Origin: the human T2T-CHM13v2.0 reference genome, Homo sapiens
Length of the DNA stretch: 64,000 bases
NCBI RefSeq assembly: GCF_009914755.1
Contig: NC_060925.1
Direction: 5' to 3' (one strand)
The notes under the pieces were generated by a model. It saw only the letters and a program-made list of their open reading frames with translations. It ran no database searches and was not told where the DNA came from. The first letter of the stretch is position 1; every line of letters begins with the position of its first letter. The position numbers and the translations under genes are program-made. Of the stretch, positions 62,016 to 64,000 are shown one piece after another.

Positions 62016-62402
62016 GGTATGGGCTGAATGATGTTCTTCCAAAATTCATAAGTTGAAGCCCTAACCCCCTAGTACCTTAGAATGTGCCTGTGATTGCAGA
62101 TGGGGTCTTTAAAGAGGTAATGAAGTTAAAGTGAGGTCATTAGGTTGGGTCTTAATCCAATAGACTGGTGTCCTTAGAAGATGAGGAAGAGACACCGGGA
62201 GGGTGTGTGCACAGAGGCAAGGCTGTATGAGGACACGGGGAGTAGACAGCCATCTGCCTGCCAAGGAAGGGCTTCCAGAAGAAACCACTCCTGCCAACAC
62301 TTCATCTCAGATGTCCAGCCTCCAGGACTGTGAGACAAGACGTTCCTATTAAGTCAGTCAGTCTGTGGTACTTGGTTAAGATGGTCAGAGCAAACTGCTA
62401 CA
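62016..62402 (+). mobile_element. MLT1 (B/C-like) MaLR solo LTR
   Basis: atgggctgaatg...gttgaagccctaacccc...ccagcctccaggactgtgaga...gcaaactgctaca. Confidence 0.87.
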
Positions 62403-63054
62403 GTAATTGGGAAAACTGCATGTGTGTGTGTGCATGTGTGTGCGTGTGTGTGCGTATGCTCTCATCTTGGTGCACCTGCGCCAGCATCTGAATGCTTGAG
62501 TTGGTCATGGCACACTGGGCCCCAGGTGTCCAGAGACAGATATCCAGGTGCAGTGTCAGATGGGCCGTTCAGGTTCCTTGGGTCCATCTCTCCTACGATG
62601 GCCAGTTTGTTTGGAGGATCACATCGGATGAATGGAAGGAAGTGGTAGCTGGTCTCATGGCCATGGCACTCTTCAGCCTACCAAATATAAATGCAGAAGT
62701 CAGGACCACAGGAACAGTCTCTACTAAAGTGGAGGACCTGCCTTCCATTGCCTTTCGGTGCCAGGGAGACCTGGGGGAAAGCCTTTCACCTGGATGGGAA
62801 GGTCTTGGTATTGATACCACATCTCTGCCTTGACCTTCAATCACTGCATCTCATCTCTGATCACTTTTCTTCAGCTTTGGTCTTTAGTTACAACATTCAT
62901 GCAATTAAGTGATAAACGAGTTATCCCTAACTTTTTTAGATTAAAGGACACAGCAATCACCTTTCTGTCCGAGAGCACAGGCAAATGTTTTTGGGTCATG
63001 TAGACAGGAGGTTGTTTTAAAAAGCCGAGGTGGTACCATGTGATGTTTATTTTA

Positions 63055-63280
63055 TGATCTCTGGAGTCAGACCACTGGGTTTTAACTCCTGTCTCCTCAG
63101 TTTGCTTTATATCACTTAGCAAATTTGTCAGCTTCCTGACCCTCAGTTTCATTATCTATAAAATGGTTTAATAGTCATTTTTTTTTATCAGGGGTTTTGA
63201 GAAGATTAATGAGGTAATGTATTGTTTATGTCACGTGGCCTGACACACGGTAAGTGCCTGATAAATGTGAGCAACTCTTC
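63055..63280. mobile_element. MIR
   Basis: ctggagtcagac...cctcagtttcattatctataaaatgg...gtaagtgcctgataaatg. Confidence 0.78.
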
Positions 63281-63539
63281 CTACATTATTAAGCATCCCA
63301 TCAAATTGTACTTTAGGAATTATAGTGGCTAGGAAATGCACTTTGAATTCCAACAATTCTGGACTATTTAGCTCCACTTGAATTTGTGTCAGAAATATGG
63401 TAAATTTAATGAAGCTGGCTCATCGTTAAAATGCAAAGCTGTTCTGAGTCTGAAAAGAGACAATGCCTGGGAAGTATTTAATAGGGGCCCAGAATTTTCT
63501 AAGTGATCAATAAATGGTGACGATAAAATGTGCAGAGTC

Positions 63540-63700
63540 AAGATGGGTATGATCTTGGTTTCCGTCCAGCTCTTCCACTAAGTAGCTTTGTGGCCTAAGG
63601 AAAGTCTCTTAAGTTCCTCAAGCCTCTCTCTCCTCATTGGTAAAGTATCAACAATAGTCGAACCTACCCTCCTAGGTTTGTGGTGAGGCTGAAATGTGCT
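63540..63700. mobile_element. MIR
   Basis: ccagctcttccactaagtagctttgtggcctaagg...ctaccctcctaggtttgtggtgagg. Confidence 0.7.
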
Positions 63701-64000
63701 TTGTGGGGCTTTGTATCGCTTTGTATTATGGTGGTGGCGGTTTTCCCCTGACATAGCTCTCTAGGATATGTAATGGTAAAGGATGAATAAGGGCTTTTCA
63801 AAATGGAGCTCTGAGCGGCTGTGGGAGCAATCTGTGTGGTACATCTGTGGCCCCGCTGGCTGCCAGGTGTCTGGAGACCTGTGCTCCATCTCTCCCCTCA
63901 TGCCATGTGCCTCCCTCCTGAGGCTGTGGGTTGCATCCAAGAGAATGACCTTCCTCGACAGAGGAGGGCAGCTCTCCAGGAAAAGAAATGGGAGGAACTT

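Overview
Human genomic DNA (it carries a human-specific L1HS-Ta element). The window is repeat-rich and intronic or intergenic; I cannot support any host protein-coding exon and cannot name the locus. The dominant feature is a full-length (~6.0 kb) + strand LINE-1 at ~18264-24300 with a 10-bp target-site duplication (TSD). It carries Ta-1nd diagnostic bases, an intact antisense ORF0 and an intact 1275-aa ORF2, but ORF1 is broken by a 1-bp deletion in an A-tract. The rest is >20 Alus, MaLR/ERV solo LTRs (MST, THE1, MLT1, MLT2, MER52), old L1M, L2 and MIR remnants, hAT-Charlie MITEs (MER3, MER5A, MER33), microsatellites and repeat-poor unique stretches. Most other ORFs in the track are repeat-derived. 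I see no evidence of a wholly new biological system. The best leads are the ORF1-dead/ORF2-intact L1, two apparent locally templated insertions (9189-9241 and 12180-12223), a three-arm Alu inside one TSD, an ancient twin-primed L1MA, a tandem KLF/SP-motif array and an Alu-tail (AAGAG)n repeat. Repeat subfamily calls rely on recalled consensus sequences, and boundaries without a TSD are approximate.
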